Shown in pieces: positions 18,741-28,908 of a stretch of DNA of 64,000 nucleotides (its first letter is position 1; every line of letters starts with the position of its first letter). The DNA lies in IMG/VR virus record IMGVR_UViG_3300023243_000074. One strand, written 5' to 3'. The notes below the pieces were generated by a model, which worked only from the letters and a program-made list of their open reading frames with translations, had not been told where the DNA came from and did no database searches. The stretch comes from an uncultured virus (IMG/VR IMGVR_UViG_3300023243_000074) (lineage: Duplodnaviria; Heunggongvirae; Uroviricota; Caudoviricetes). Both the position numbers and the translations under genes were made by a program.

Positions 18741-19518
18741 CTATGAAATCTTTTGCTAATGTGTAATGAAATATAATAGGGTCTTTAGTGACCTCTTCAA
18801 GTTTATAGTTATTCACAAAATTCCAACGAGCATCCTCGCCTTCTATGAATCCTACTTTAACACTTGTAGAGTATCTAGTGTCACGAAGCAACCGCCAAAA
18901 TGTGTATTGATCCCAAGGCTTTAAGCGCCTGTCATGAGGATAGTTCCACTCTCCGGAAACTTGCTCTAGGTATTCTTCCCACCAAGATTGCATAAACTCT
19001 AAAGTCTGCGGTTTATCGTTATATACAAATACCCCACAATGATGAGCAAGTTTAGTCTGCTCACCGTTGTCATCAAAATACACAAATGCGCCAGAGTAAT
19101 CTCGCACGGCAGTTGTTGCAATGTCTAGTTCTTGGGAATCTAATAGGGAGAATGCTTCTGAGATTTCTTCATCGCGCACCTCACAATCAGCATCTATATA
19201 GACAGTTGTTGCATAAGGTGAGCGGGGAAGTGCCCATAACTTAGCACGAATATGATGTGGTGAATTAGATTCTACATAGTCGAAGAGGTGGCGATGTTCT
19301 TCTTTAAATAACTCTTTCTCAGTAAAAAGTGCTATTTTCGCCTCGGGATAGAAATCTAGTATAGAACCAGCAAGGTTAATTGCCGAGTCATAATATCCAG
19401 AAGATACTGACGCTACAATTAAAAACCCGTTACTCTTGGCTGGACTCTTCCTTCTTGACAGAGGGTTTCTTGGTTGCAGGTTTTGCTGTTGGCGCTGGCT
19501 CTGATTTAGCATTCTCAA
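18691..19518 (-). CDS. Glycosyltransferase (GT8-like); start uncertain, overlaps the upstream gene
   Basis: RAKLWALPRSPY..TVYIDAD (DxD), HCGVFVY, WDQ, RWN, IFHY. Confidence 0.7.
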   Translation of the reverse strand: MRMLNQSQRQQQNLQPRNPLSRRKSPAKSNGFLIVASVSSGYYDSAINLAGSILDFYPEAKIALFTEKELFKEEHRHLFDYVESNSPHHIRAKLWALPRSPYATTVYIDADCEVRDEEISEAFSLLDSQELDIATTAVRDYSGAFVYFDDNGEQTKLAHHCGVFVYNDKPQTLEFMQSWWEEYLEQVSGEWNYPHDRRLKPWDQYTFWRLLRDTRYSTSVKVGFIEGEDARWNFVNNYKLEEVTKDPIIFHYTLAKDFIDAGRLNKKQTTTPDTE

Positions 19519-19972
19519 ATTCTTTCATCAATAAAATAGTAGTATACGCTTGCACTTCAGTAACAGACTTAGATTTCCGAATCTTCGCCTTTAATTCTCT
19601 GTTTTTAGAATTTTTAATTTCTTCAATTTCGAACGCTTCTAACTTAATCGCAAAGAGTATTTCTTGCTTGGCGAAACTTTCTTCTTTCTTTTTTCTAGAG
19701 TCGTCTTCAATCCTAGATTTTTCTACACTCATTCGAATTTTCTGAATAACTTCTGTCGTCGATTCTGTTACGAATTCTTCACCATACTTATCCATGATAA
19801 AGTCCCAGTCAGGATTAGATTCGCCCTCAACAGCAGGTTTTGATATAGAACAATCGAATTGTCTAGAACTTCCGTCGTCATAGTTGTGGATCATCTTTGC
19901 GCGGATCACGCTCTTTGTCTGAATATCCTGCCAATGAGGTTCTGCGAATGTCGACGAGATAAAATTTGCCAT
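19430..19972 (-). CDS. Hypothetical protein, possible fibre assembly chaperone
   Basis: 180-aa charged ORF (LFAIKLEAFEIEEIKNS) directly downstream of the aromatic-repeat structural gene. Confidence 0.5.
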   Translation of the reverse strand: MANFISSTFAEPHWQDIQTKSVIRAKMIHNYDDGSSRQFDCSISKPAVEGESNPDWDFIMDKYGEEFVTESTTEVIQKIRMSVEKSRIEDDSRKKKEESFAKQEILFAIKLEAFEIEEIKNSKNRELKAKIRKSKSVTEVQAYTTILLMKEFENAKSEPAPTAKPATKKPSVKKEESSQE

Positions 19973-19991
19973 TTTATAATTCCTTAATATG

Positions 19992-21122
19992 TTAAGCAGT
20001 TCTCAACCATAGTGATTTTGAAGATACAGTTTCTTTGTTACTGGTCACAGTAGCACCAGCGTAATATCCGGTGTAATAAGCAGTATATGTTCCGGCATAA
20101 TTCGTGCGGAAGTATCCAGTATAATTTCCAGTGAAATACCCTCTATAATATCCTGTATAATATCCTACATATTGCGGACCTGCAAATCCCGAAAAAAACA
20201 TCCTATACGCCCCAGCATATGCGCCAGCAAAATCCCTAATGTAAGTGCCAGTGTATGTCCCAGCATAATCTCTTGCGTAGTATCCGGTGAAATTTCCGGA
20301 AGTGTTGCTTACATAAGAACTAGGTGATACAGTTTGTCGAGTATCTGTTATAGACGCACCCATCTTAACCCAAGTACCTGTTGTTGGTGCAGAAGTTTGA
20401 AATACATAAGAACCGACTCCACTAGAACTCCATGATCTAGTATGTATACATTTTACTAATGTATCTACCCCAGAGTCACTATATTCTTGAAAATCTCCGC
20501 TCGTACCACTATCATTAGCATAGACAGGCCTGTATTCTGTAGGAGAAGGTGATGCAGTACATTGCCAAAGCGTTGTAGTAGTGCTTCCACTTCTTGCAAA
20601 ATCGGTAATAGTATCTCTTGCTATCCAGGTTTTTCCAGAACCACCTGGATTATTTGGTTGAATAGAATAAGACCCGATATTCAACCCTGCTAAGTGTGCT
20701 GCTACAGCAGGCATCATAGAATCTTCAAATTGATAACTACTATTTACCCCACTAGAAGATATTCTAGACCCCCATCCATTTGTCGGATGGTTATATAGAT
20801 ATACTGGTGAATTAGAATCGTTTAATGAAGGTCTGTCTGCAACGCTTGGTTGTCTAACTTGATATAATCCTGTAGTAGATGAATATACTGTAGTTGTTGG
20901 ATGAGTTCCTATAGGATCCCTAAAAGTATCAACGAAAGAACCAATGTTTTCCCAAGTACCACCTGGATTAGAAGTAGAAACTTGAATACGCATATAGTTG
21001 CTTGGATTATTAACTATGTATGAACCAAACTTCCAAGCTACCCAAGCTTTATCTGATGTTGACATAGCTTGCAAGCCGACAGTATCACTGCCGGTATTTT
21101 TCAATCTTAAAAAATCAACCAT
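19992..21122 (-). CDS. Virion structural protein with C-terminal (Y/F)xGx tetrapeptide repeats
   Basis: S/T/G-rich; 19 aromatic-led tetrapeptides near the C-terminus; follows a fibre gene. Confidence 0.7.
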   Translation of the reverse strand: MVDFLRLKNTGSDTVGLQAMSTSDKAWVAWKFGSYIVNNPSNYMRIQVSTSNPGGTWENIGSFVDTFRDPIGTHPTTTVYSSTTGLYQVRQPSVADRPSLNDSNSPVYLYNHPTNGWGSRISSSGVNSSYQFEDSMMPAVAAHLAGLNIGSYSIQPNNPGGSGKTWIARDTITDFARSGSTTTTLWQCTASPSPTEYRPVYANDSGTSGDFQEYSDSGVDTLVKCIHTRSWSSSGVGSYVFQTSAPTTGTWVKMGASITDTRQTVSPSSYVSNTSGNFTGYYARDYAGTYTGTYIRDFAGAYAGAYRMFFSGFAGPQYVGYYTGYYRGYFTGNYTGYFRTNYAGTYTAYYTGYYAGATVTSNKETVSSKSLWLRTA

Positions 21123-21134
21123 CTTATGAACCTA

Positions 21135-23450
21135 TCACGTAGGGAATACTTGGGAGCCAGCAGAATTATATAACTTTGGTAAAAGTGCTTTAATTGCGTT
21201 AGAGAGTTCAGTATTAATAGAGCTGTTTAACGAGGTTGTTATGCTAACATTACCTAAATTATTTACAGTACCAGTGCCACTCACAAATCCTGTTAGTGTT
21301 ATATTAAAATCCCCAACATCTGCCTTGATCTTACCAGTCGTGTCATCATATGTGATACTTATACCAAATTCATCTGGATTACCTATGCCAGAAAACATTC
21401 CTCCGACGATATCTTGAATATCTTCTGTTGAGTCTGTTATATTAGCAAGAGTTGCAGACCAAGTAGAGGAAGTAATTCCAGTTAAGTGACCATAATCATC
21501 TAAGATAATATCTTGAATATATGTATATCCAGCATTATTTACAGAAACCTGTGTTGAAGTATCTGCGTGGTTAACTGTGATATTATTATTTGTAAACTGA
21601 TCAGCATTAAATGTATTGCTGCCTGAAATATTTCCGAGAGTAATTGCACCACCAGCAGTGATAGTAAGTTCACCACGACCAATAGAAACTTCAGTTGATG
21701 TACTAGAAAGTTCAGTAACATGACCATAGGTGTCAACACTAACTTTGATGTCCTGCACAAATGTATTTGCGCTGTTATTAACATTTATGCTTGAAGTGGA
21801 AGAAGTATCTGCGTGGTTAACAGTCCACTCTGCTTTATTAGTAGACTTGGCTACTGTTATTGCCGCTCCGGCATTTACCTTACCGACTAGATCGTATTGA
21901 ACTGATCCATTATAAAATTTCCAACTATCTTCTGTCTCGTCCCACAACAAACTAGTGTTCGTAGAACTACCGCGCTCAATCTCAATACCCGCGTTTTCTG
22001 TAGGGGTTGCTGCAGAGTTGTTATTTAATACAATAATGTTGTCGTTGATAGTAACCGTCTCAGTGTTAACCGTAGTGACAGTCCCAGAAACAGTAAAGTT
22101 ACCCTTAACCTCTAGATTGTTCTCGAACGAAGAGTTGCCATATGTAACCAACCCGCCTGTTGAGATTGTCGATGCCCCGTTAGAAGTAAATCCAGTCGAA
22201 AAAACTGGTTTATCTGCAAAGGTTTTTACACCAGCAAGGGATTGCGTTCCTGTTGTTCTAATGACAGTAGAGTCAACTTGCAATGCTGTGATAGCATTAC
22301 TTTCAGCCCCAGCAGAAGATTGTGTTAAACTAATACCAGGATTAGAAGCAGATAGTGTAACAGACTGAACATATGCACCAGTGGTATCTACTCCAAGAGC
22401 GATAGAATTCGGTTGAATCGTTACTGGAATATTAACATTAGATAAGTTCGTTACTGTAGCACTACCTGTAGCGTCTCCACTCAAGGTGATCGTAAAGTCG
22501 TTTACATCAAAGTTAGCTCTATTATTAACACTGTCGTATGTTACCGCAATACCATTCTGAGTACCTCCTACAACGACATCTTTCATGTTATATGAGTCGA
22601 TGATATGTGGGCTAATAACTGTAGTATTATCGTCTGCGAATTTCTTCAACTTCCAATCTTTTACAGTCTCATCCCAATATACACGAACGTCATCCCTTGC
22701 AGTAGATCCTTCTTCACCTCGATTAACAACTACTCCACCATTAGAAGCGGTTGCTGCTTCAGCATCACCTAATATCAAGAATGTAGTTTGGATATTCAAC
22801 GCGCCGCCTGCACCACCTACGATCAATTGACCAGAAGATATATCTAATGTGCCAGACAAAGTCATAGTTCTACCAGCAGGCATTGATATATCAGATAGAA
22901 TTGCTTGCTCACTAGCGTTGCTACCACCAACGGTTGCATCCGTAAGGTCTAGTTTTAATGTATTGTTGTATCTATCAGTTTCTCGTTGAACTACCTCATT
23001 GATAGAACCAACGATTGTAGATTTAACAGTTGTTGTTAAACCAGATAGAACACCAAGTTCCGAGTCCAATTCATTGATAGAACCAACGATTGTAGATTTA
23101 ACAGTTGTTGTTAAACCAGATAGAACACCAAGTTCCGAGTCCAATTCGTTGATAGAACTTACTAAATTATTCTTAGCAGCAGTCGTCAGCGTTGATATTA
23201 CACCGATTTCAACATCGTGTTCATTGATACCACCTACCAAGTTAAGTGCTGTAGTGGTTAGTCCATTTATATTACCAACTTCAGTTTCTACTTTAGCAAG
23301 AGTCTCTAATACTGCATCAACTGCATTTTCTGAATTTAGGGTAGAGTTTGCTACCAGAAGTGTATTATCACCAAGTTCTGATGCTATGGTATTTGTCTTG
23401 ACACGCCATCCATCAAACGTGTCTGTCTTTGCTACATTAGTTACTGCCAT
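21135..23450 (-). CDS. Baseplate-proximal tail fibre protein
   Basis: N-terminal DTFDGWRVKTN motif, LVxxINE coiled repeats, AGIEIERG..WDE fibre motifs. Confidence 0.8.
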   Translation of the reverse strand: MAVTNVAKTDTFDGWRVKTNTIASELGDNTLLVANSTLNSENAVDAVLETLAKVETEVGNINGLTTTALNLVGGINEHDVEIGVISTLTTAAKNNLVSSINELDSELGVLSGLTTTVKSTIVGSINELDSELGVLSGLTTTVKSTIVGSINEVVQRETDRYNNTLKLDLTDATVGGSNASEQAILSDISMPAGRTMTLSGTLDISSGQLIVGGAGGALNIQTTFLILGDAEAATASNGGVVVNRGEEGSTARDDVRVYWDETVKDWKLKKFADDNTTVISPHIIDSYNMKDVVVGGTQNGIAVTYDSVNNRANFDVNDFTITLSGDATGSATVTNLSNVNIPVTIQPNSIALGVDTTGAYVQSVTLSASNPGISLTQSSAGAESNAITALQVDSTVIRTTGTQSLAGVKTFADKPVFSTGFTSNGASTISTGGLVTYGNSSFENNLEVKGNFTVSGTVTTVNTETVTINDNIIVLNNNSAATPTENAGIEIERGSSTNTSLLWDETEDSWKFYNGSVQYDLVGKVNAGAAITVAKSTNKAEWTVNHADTSSTSSINVNNSANTFVQDIKVSVDTYGHVTELSSTSTEVSIGRGELTITAGGAITLGNISGSNTFNADQFTNNNITVNHADTSTQVSVNNAGYTYIQDIILDDYGHLTGITSSTWSATLANITDSTEDIQDIVGGMFSGIGNPDEFGISITYDDTTGKIKADVGDFNITLTGFVSGTGTVNNLGNVSITTSLNSSINTELSNAIKALLPKLYNSAGSQVFPT
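22999..23148. repeat. 75-bp (25-aa) intragenic tandem duplication
   Basis: ttgatagaac at 22999, 23074 and 23149; two near-identical units encode INELDSELGVLSGLTTTVKSTIVGS. Confidence 0.9.
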
Positions 23451-23451
23451 A

Positions 23452-23664
23452 TTAACCTACTTTTTCTAAAAGTTTGTTTAGTAAATCCTTGAGTTCTGCA
23501 ACATCAGTTTTAAGTTGTTGCATTTCCTCAATTTCTTGTTTCTTTTTCTGTGCCTCTTCGCGTGCTCGGAGGTATGCATTCTTATTAGTATTTAGTACGG
23601 CTTTAGAGTGGAGGTCCCTTCTAAACCCCGTACTATTCTCAATTGGAACTAGATTATCACTCAT
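23452..23664 (-). CDS. Small coiled-coil hypothetical protein
   Basis: 70-aa ORF RDLHSKAVLNTN...ELKDLLNKLL between structural genes. Confidence 0.65.
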   Translation of the reverse strand: MSDNLVPIENSTGFRRDLHSKAVLNTNKNAYLRAREEAQKKKQEIEEMQQLKTDVAELKDLLNKLLEKVG

Positions 23665-23669
23665 ACTTA

Positions 23670-26600
23670 TTACGAAGTAAATGCAATTGCTCGGAAGTCT
23701 CGAACCGTAGGGACGAAAGAAGAGTTTCTAGATTTAAGAACAATCTTAAATGCCATGTTACTAAACTCGTTCGTACTAATATCATATTCAATCTCAGAGT
23801 AGTTATTAGAGTTTTCACCGAATGGAATAGGAGATGTAGGTGTTGCCAGCGTCCATCCAACAAAGTCGAAGTTAGTATCTTCACTAGATTGAACTTTGTA
23901 GTACAACTCTAAATCTGTTCCAGAAGGACGGTTCATACCAGCAAGAACTTTAATATTGTTTGCACTCTCAGTTAAACTGATCCTGCGAGTAATATACTTA
24001 GCAGCAGAACTAGTTCCACTTGCTTCTGTTTCAGCAACGAAGTTTTCAACATAGTTTCTGTTATCTTCAACAATATTACTTGGGTGATCCAACTTGTTTG
24101 ATATAGAGAATACTGACATTCTGTCTAGATCTAATACAGGAGACAACTTACTTGTATTCGTCGATATAGCACCCTTTGCTCTGAATCCACGAACACCAGC
24201 AGGCTCATTTTCCAGACTAGGAATACACTGTGGTCGATTGAATATTGTGTTCTCGTTAATAATGATAGGGAAGTACGGACTTGCAACATATTCTTGCTCT
24301 ATGCCTGCGAATGACTTAGCAGACATTACCGAAGCATCCCACAACAATGAAGTTCCTGGAATAGCAAGTTCTTCAAGATATACTTGCATCAGGTCCATCA
24401 ATCGGTTTGCGGTTGCTGTTAAAGAACTTCCGCCAGCTCTACCAGTTGCTGTAGCATTAGTGGTTACAGTAATTTCGTAGTATTCTTTTTCAACTCGTAT
24501 GATATTATGAGTATCCTCTAACTCACTCAGTGGAATTCCATTCAAGAATGTTGTCGCTGTTGCAGTAATATTATCAATGGTGGTGTCTGAATTAACAAAC
24601 ATACCATGATTCTTGTGGTATACCTTAACTACATTAGAACCAGTAGTTGTGTATATAGGATCCGTGCCTAGTATGGTTCTTTGCAACTCGACGTTCTCTA
24701 GAATAATCTCACCAGATGTAGTTGTAAACTCGGCGCGGTTTAATTTAAACTTAAGGTCTTTCTCTTGCTCTGGTGTCCATGTAGAAGCGTTTGCTGACTT
24801 GAAGAATACACCATTATAAGGTTGTTTTGAGATTCGGTAAGTTGGATTAGTTACATCAAATCCCCCCATCTCAGCAACCCAAGCCTTAGGCTTATCTGAC
24901 ATAGACATGATAACGATTGCATACTCAATTCCTGGTTGTAAATGCACTGGTGCTTCAAATGCAAAGTTAGTTGCCACTGATGCATCTTCAGAAACATTTG
25001 CGGCACTCAACTTCTTAGTGACTTTAGTAAACGGTATGATTGTTTGTGTAGGAATACCAGTTTCTGTAGTAACCAAGTGTACTGTAACTGGAATATCTTC
25101 ATCATATTCTCTAAAGTACAAGTCTAATGAAGTTGCGAATATACCGCCTGGTTCATCGATTATAATGGTCTGAGCCAATGGATCTGACCAAGTTATGATA
25201 TCTCTCGAGGTTGAAGTTGTCGATGTAAGAACTCTATCTTCACCGAGCATAGTTCTATCGAGACGAGGAACTCTCGTAGACAAAATGACATTTTCTTTAG
25301 ATTCAATTAGTCCGGCAGCTTCATAAAGTGCTTCTGCAGAAGTAGTCGAATCTATAAAGATGTTGTTTTCTTCATCAGTTAATTTGAAAGTTCGTTGACC
25401 AGTCTTAAACTTTAGTAACGAATTATTCGGAACAATGAAAAACCCAGTTATAGACCCAGATGAGTCTGTAACCAAATCTGTTTTAGACTGGAGTTCAGTT
25501 GGCCAGCCAGTTCGGTTATTAAATGTGTATCCAGATGTATATTCTGGGTTATTGCCGGTGAAATCGCTAAATGTAAAAAACTGAGTTGTCTGTGTAGTAT
25601 ATGCTGTGATATCTTTACCATCAAAGAACGCATATAACTTAGTTCCAGGTTTCATACGTTCTGCTTTGAAGGCAACGATTCTAGATCTAATGAATGGTAC
25701 GAAGTTAACTTCAACAACACGATCACCTAGGTCAGTAGTAATAGTATCTGGGACTACATCAGTTCTAATACCTGCTCTAGATTGGTTACTTTTCGTAGTA
25801 GTGATAGTAGTGTCGCGTACACCCATGTTGATATTGCTTCTACTAGTAGAAGATGCAACAACGCCAGACCAGTTTGTCTGCCATTCGTTCCAAACGGTGC
25901 CAGTAACACCGGACGCGTCTGCTAGTTGCACAAATGAGTCATACACACCTTCTTGGTCGATGATAACATCTGGACGGGTTTCTGTATCTTTCCAGTTATC
26001 AGACTCTGGCGACAACACCATATCACCAGTCCATGTGAATACATTGTACGGATTAACCCATTCTGCATACGAAGCATATGGTTGCTCTATATAAGAAACC
26101 TCAGAGTAATCTAGTGTTAACAAAGAACCAGACTTCTTAACCCCCGTGCTTAAACCGCTGTTCCACTTTAACCGAGTTTCTTGTTCTACAAACTGCGGTC
26201 TTAATACCCCTCTTGCACGGTCAACTGAACATGAGTAATCTGGATTAGATGGATTTCCTACATTATGACCGTAGAAGTTATCTACGACGAATCCGTTCTT
26301 AAATGCATTCCCTGGCAACTGATAGTCGGCAGTTTCTTTTTCCAACAAAGATAATGTTGTGTAGTATTCTAAGTTCTTAATACGTCTTTCCAACTTACCA
26401 ATGTCGCGCATTGTGTATCGACGGTTGTCGATCATGATTGGATTGATACTCTCAGGACCAAATGTAAACGCCCCGACTTCTAACCTGTAAAGAATCATAG
26501 AATCTTTAAGGTCTTTAGGCGGTTCTGGGTTTAGAGCAGGAACGCCCTGTAGGATACCAAAGTTACCATCTTTATCAACATAAATTTTATCGATACGGTT

Positions 26601-28895
26601 TAGGTAATACACGATATCGGTTCTAATAATAGATCCAGGTTTAACGATATCAACTAGCGATGATCCTGCTCCGGTGAAATTATCTCCAGAAGTAGTCTTT
26701 ACTGGTCTAAAGTCAATTGCGTCGCGCAATTCGACTTGACCCTTAATAGAGTTGAAAGATGGAATATCTTCGTAGTCGATACCAGAGTACGAGTCCACAG
26801 AGAAGTAATCGCCAGTACCATGTAGGAAATAATCTAGAGTAATAGACAAATTTCCGATAGGAGGAATTGCATCAAACTTTAGGCGAACTCTACCAATACC
26901 GTAGAAGTTATCGCGTTGACCGTTGTCTAATTCATATCTATCGGTGATATCTAAGAAACCACCACCCGCAAGAGGTACACCTACATCTTTTATAGAAACT
27001 AGTCTAAATACGTCTGTAATACCTAAACTATCATAACTACCTGGAGTAGTGTTAGGGCTAGTCTTTAAGATAACATGATCTTCAATTAGGTTCTTGGTTT
27101 TCTTAGCAAGGTTCTTATCAATTGGATATACGATGTATACATCACCAGTTGTATGATCTGAGAAAGATATTACTGCACTAGAAACGTTCGTGCTAGAGTT
27201 GAATGATATAGTAACTCCGCTAATATTAATAGGATCACCACTATTATCAATCGCAATCCAGTCAGTTGAATTGTATGGTTGAATAACACCATCAGTAGCA
27301 TCAACAGTTGTTTGAGAGCCAGTAACTGAAGCAGAAGTTTTTCTCTTTACAGTATAATAAGTATCATTCTGCCCACCAAAGATCAATGTCTGTACTGTAT
27401 CAAATGGTAACTTATATACTAAAGAATTATAGTTGGTATCGAATAAGTTAGTAGAAACTAAAGTTGCTGTGAACTGTGGCCCAGAAGAAAGGGTTTGTTG
27501 AATATATACGACATCAGAAAAAGTTTCTATTGCCATAGATATATCAAACAGATATAGTTTATATGTAGTACCTGATACCCAATCTATAGAACGAGCACGA
27601 GCAGTTCCGATAACAGAATTACCACTGTCTTTGAGGTTAAGAATACCAAATGTATCTACGTCTGGTAACCCCTGACTGACGTTAACTGTTACATAGTTAC
27701 CTAAATTTGCAACAATTGAAGCTCCATTAAACCATTCAGTTTCCCTAGATTTGAGCAACTCTACATATTTAATATCTTCTAACTCGATACGGTATCCGTT
27801 AACATATGCAACGGATTTTTCTAGGCCTACCGCAAGCCGACTTTCGCCATAAGAAATTACTTGCGCGTCTGTAGAAGCAACGCCTAATCTAGAAAATCTA
27901 CGCAATTGTGCTAAATTATAAAGTCCATTATTAGATCCATCATTATATAACTCGCGAGTATTGATGATGAAAGGCTTAACAACATAGTTACCAGATTCTT
28001 CGTATGTTCTTCGGGCAAGTTCGTTACTTAATTCTGAGTATTCTGTCGTTGCTCGCTGCTTGATGAAACCATTTTCGATAAGCATTAACTGAATAAATTT
28101 ATCGTCTCGAGGTTCTGTGAAAGAAAATGGTTGAGTTTTAAGGTTCAGTAGGATTTGATATCTATGTGCTCCGGGTGCTGCCTCGTTAGGAGTACCTAGA
28201 GCATTATCACCAAGAGACGCGTCTTCAGCGATAGTTACAGTGTTCTCTACAATCTCGTAAACAATGCGAGTGGAAATATCTAGACTATACCTAGATACGA
28301 TTAAAGATTCGCTTGGGACATATACAAAATGACCATTAACAAAAAATACTCCTTCAGGGATTGAGAACCTCAACCCTTTACCTGTAGGAATTTCTACCGA
28401 GGTTTTAATTTTTGCCTGTCGCGGAATAATTGCATCCGAAACTAGTTCTTCTTCTGTTTGAAATAATTTTGTCTCTGTATCAGTACCAGAATTAGTATAC
28501 TTTAAATATAATGTAATTGGACCATCTGTTCCAGATGGAACTACATCAATAACTTTTGCAGTAACACCAGATGTTTGACCAAGGATGGTTGTTCCTAAAA
28601 ATTCTTCATAATAATTATCAGTAACTAAAGTTGCTCCGCCAGAAGAGGGAATAAAAGATGATTCAACCTTAATAAAATCAGATTCATCTATAGTTGGTTT
28701 CCCTCCAATTACCGGAGAACCTTCTTTGAATACATGTTTACCATGTCTATCAATTTGTGCTTGCAGTGAAGTCTGCATCTGAGTTAATTCACGCGCTTGG
28801 ACTGCATTTCCTGGTCGGAAAAGGATTCTTACATAGTTCTTCGTCTCATCGAAATCATCATAGTAAGGCGGTGTATTGAAAAGCTTGAATGTCAT
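23670..28895 (-). CDS. Large virion structural protein (DUF4815/VrlC-like)
   Basis: N-terminal PYYDDFDETKNYVRILFRPG.AVQARELTQ, ARRTYEESGNY, NRRYTMRDIG, DPLAQT. Confidence 0.85.
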   Translation of the reverse strand: MTFKLFNTPPYYDDFDETKNYVRILFRPGNAVQARELTQMQTSLQAQIDRHGKHVFKEGSPVIGGKPTIDESDFIKVESSFIPSSGGATLVTDNYYEEFLGTTILGQTSGVTAKVIDVVPSGTDGPITLYLKYTNSGTDTETKLFQTEEELVSDAIIPRQAKIKTSVEIPTGKGLRFSIPEGVFFVNGHFVYVPSESLIVSRYSLDISTRIVYEIVENTVTIAEDASLGDNALGTPNEAAPGAHRYQILLNLKTQPFSFTEPRDDKFIQLMLIENGFIKQRATTEYSELSNELARRTYEESGNYVVKPFIINTRELYNDGSNNGLYNLAQLRRFSRLGVASTDAQVISYGESRLAVGLEKSVAYVNGYRIELEDIKYVELLKSRETEWFNGASIVANLGNYVTVNVSQGLPDVDTFGILNLKDSGNSVIGTARARSIDWVSGTTYKLYLFDISMAIETFSDVVYIQQTLSSGPQFTATLVSTNLFDTNYNSLVYKLPFDTVQTLIFGGQNDTYYTVKRKTSASVTGSQTTVDATDGVIQPYNSTDWIAIDNSGDPINISGVTISFNSSTNVSSAVISFSDHTTGDVYIVYPIDKNLAKKTKNLIEDHVILKTSPNTTPGSYDSLGITDVFRLVSIKDVGVPLAGGGFLDITDRYELDNGQRDNFYGIGRVRLKFDAIPPIGNLSITLDYFLHGTGDYFSVDSYSGIDYEDIPSFNSIKGQVELRDAIDFRPVKTTSGDNFTGAGSSLVDIVKPGSIIRTDIVYYLNRIDKIYVDKDGNFGILQGVPALNPEPPKDLKDSMILYRLEVGAFTFGPESINPIMIDNRRYTMRDIGKLERRIKNLEYYTTLSLLEKETADYQLPGNAFKNGFVVDNFYGHNVGNPSNPDYSCSVDRARGVLRPQFVEQETRLKWNSGLSTGVKKSGSLLTLDYSEVSYIEQPYASYAEWVNPYNVFTWTGDMVLSPESDNWKDTETRPDVIIDQEGVYDSFVQLADASGVTGTVWNEWQTNWSGVVASSTSRSNINMGVRDTTITTTKSNQSRAGIRTDVVPDTITTDLGDRVVEVNFVPFIRSRIVAFKAERMKPGTKLYAFFDGKDITAYTTQTTQFFTFSDFTGNNPEYTSGYTFNNRTGWPTELQSKTDLVTDSSGSITGFFIVPNNSLLKFKTGQRTFKLTDEENNIFIDSTTSAEALYEAAGLIESKENVILSTRVPRLDRTMLGEDRVLTSTTSTSRDIITWSDPLAQTIIIDEPGGIFATSLDLYFREYDEDIPVTVHLVTTETGIPTQTIIPFTKVTKKLSAANVSEDASVATNFAFEAPVHLQPGIEYAIVIMSMSDKPKAWVAEMGGFDVTNPTYRISKQPYNGVFFKSANASTWTPEQEKDLKFKLNRAEFTTTSGEIILENVELQRTILGTDPIYTTTGSNVVKVYHKNHGMFVNSDTTIDNITATATTFLNGIPLSELEDTHNIIRVEKEYYEITVTTNATATGRAGGSSLTATANRLMDLMQVYLEELAIPGTSLLWDASVMSAKSFAGIEQEYVASPYFPIIINENTIFNRPQCIPSLENEPAGVRGFRAKGAISTNTSKLSPVLDLDRMSVFSISNKLDHPSNIVEDNRNYVENFVAETEASGTSSAAKYITRRISLTESANNIKVLAGMNRPSGTDLELYYKVQSSEDTNFDFVGWTLATPTSPIPFGENSNNYSEIEYDISTNEFSNMAFKIVLKSRNSSFVPTVRDFRAIAFTS

Positions 28896-28908
28896 TTATA
28901 TTTCTCTC

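Noticed and set aside
5975..19518. Classical RiPP cluster with a short precursor peptide
   Set aside because: Genes abut or overlap, leaving no room for a precursor ORF; no transporter or leader peptidase seen
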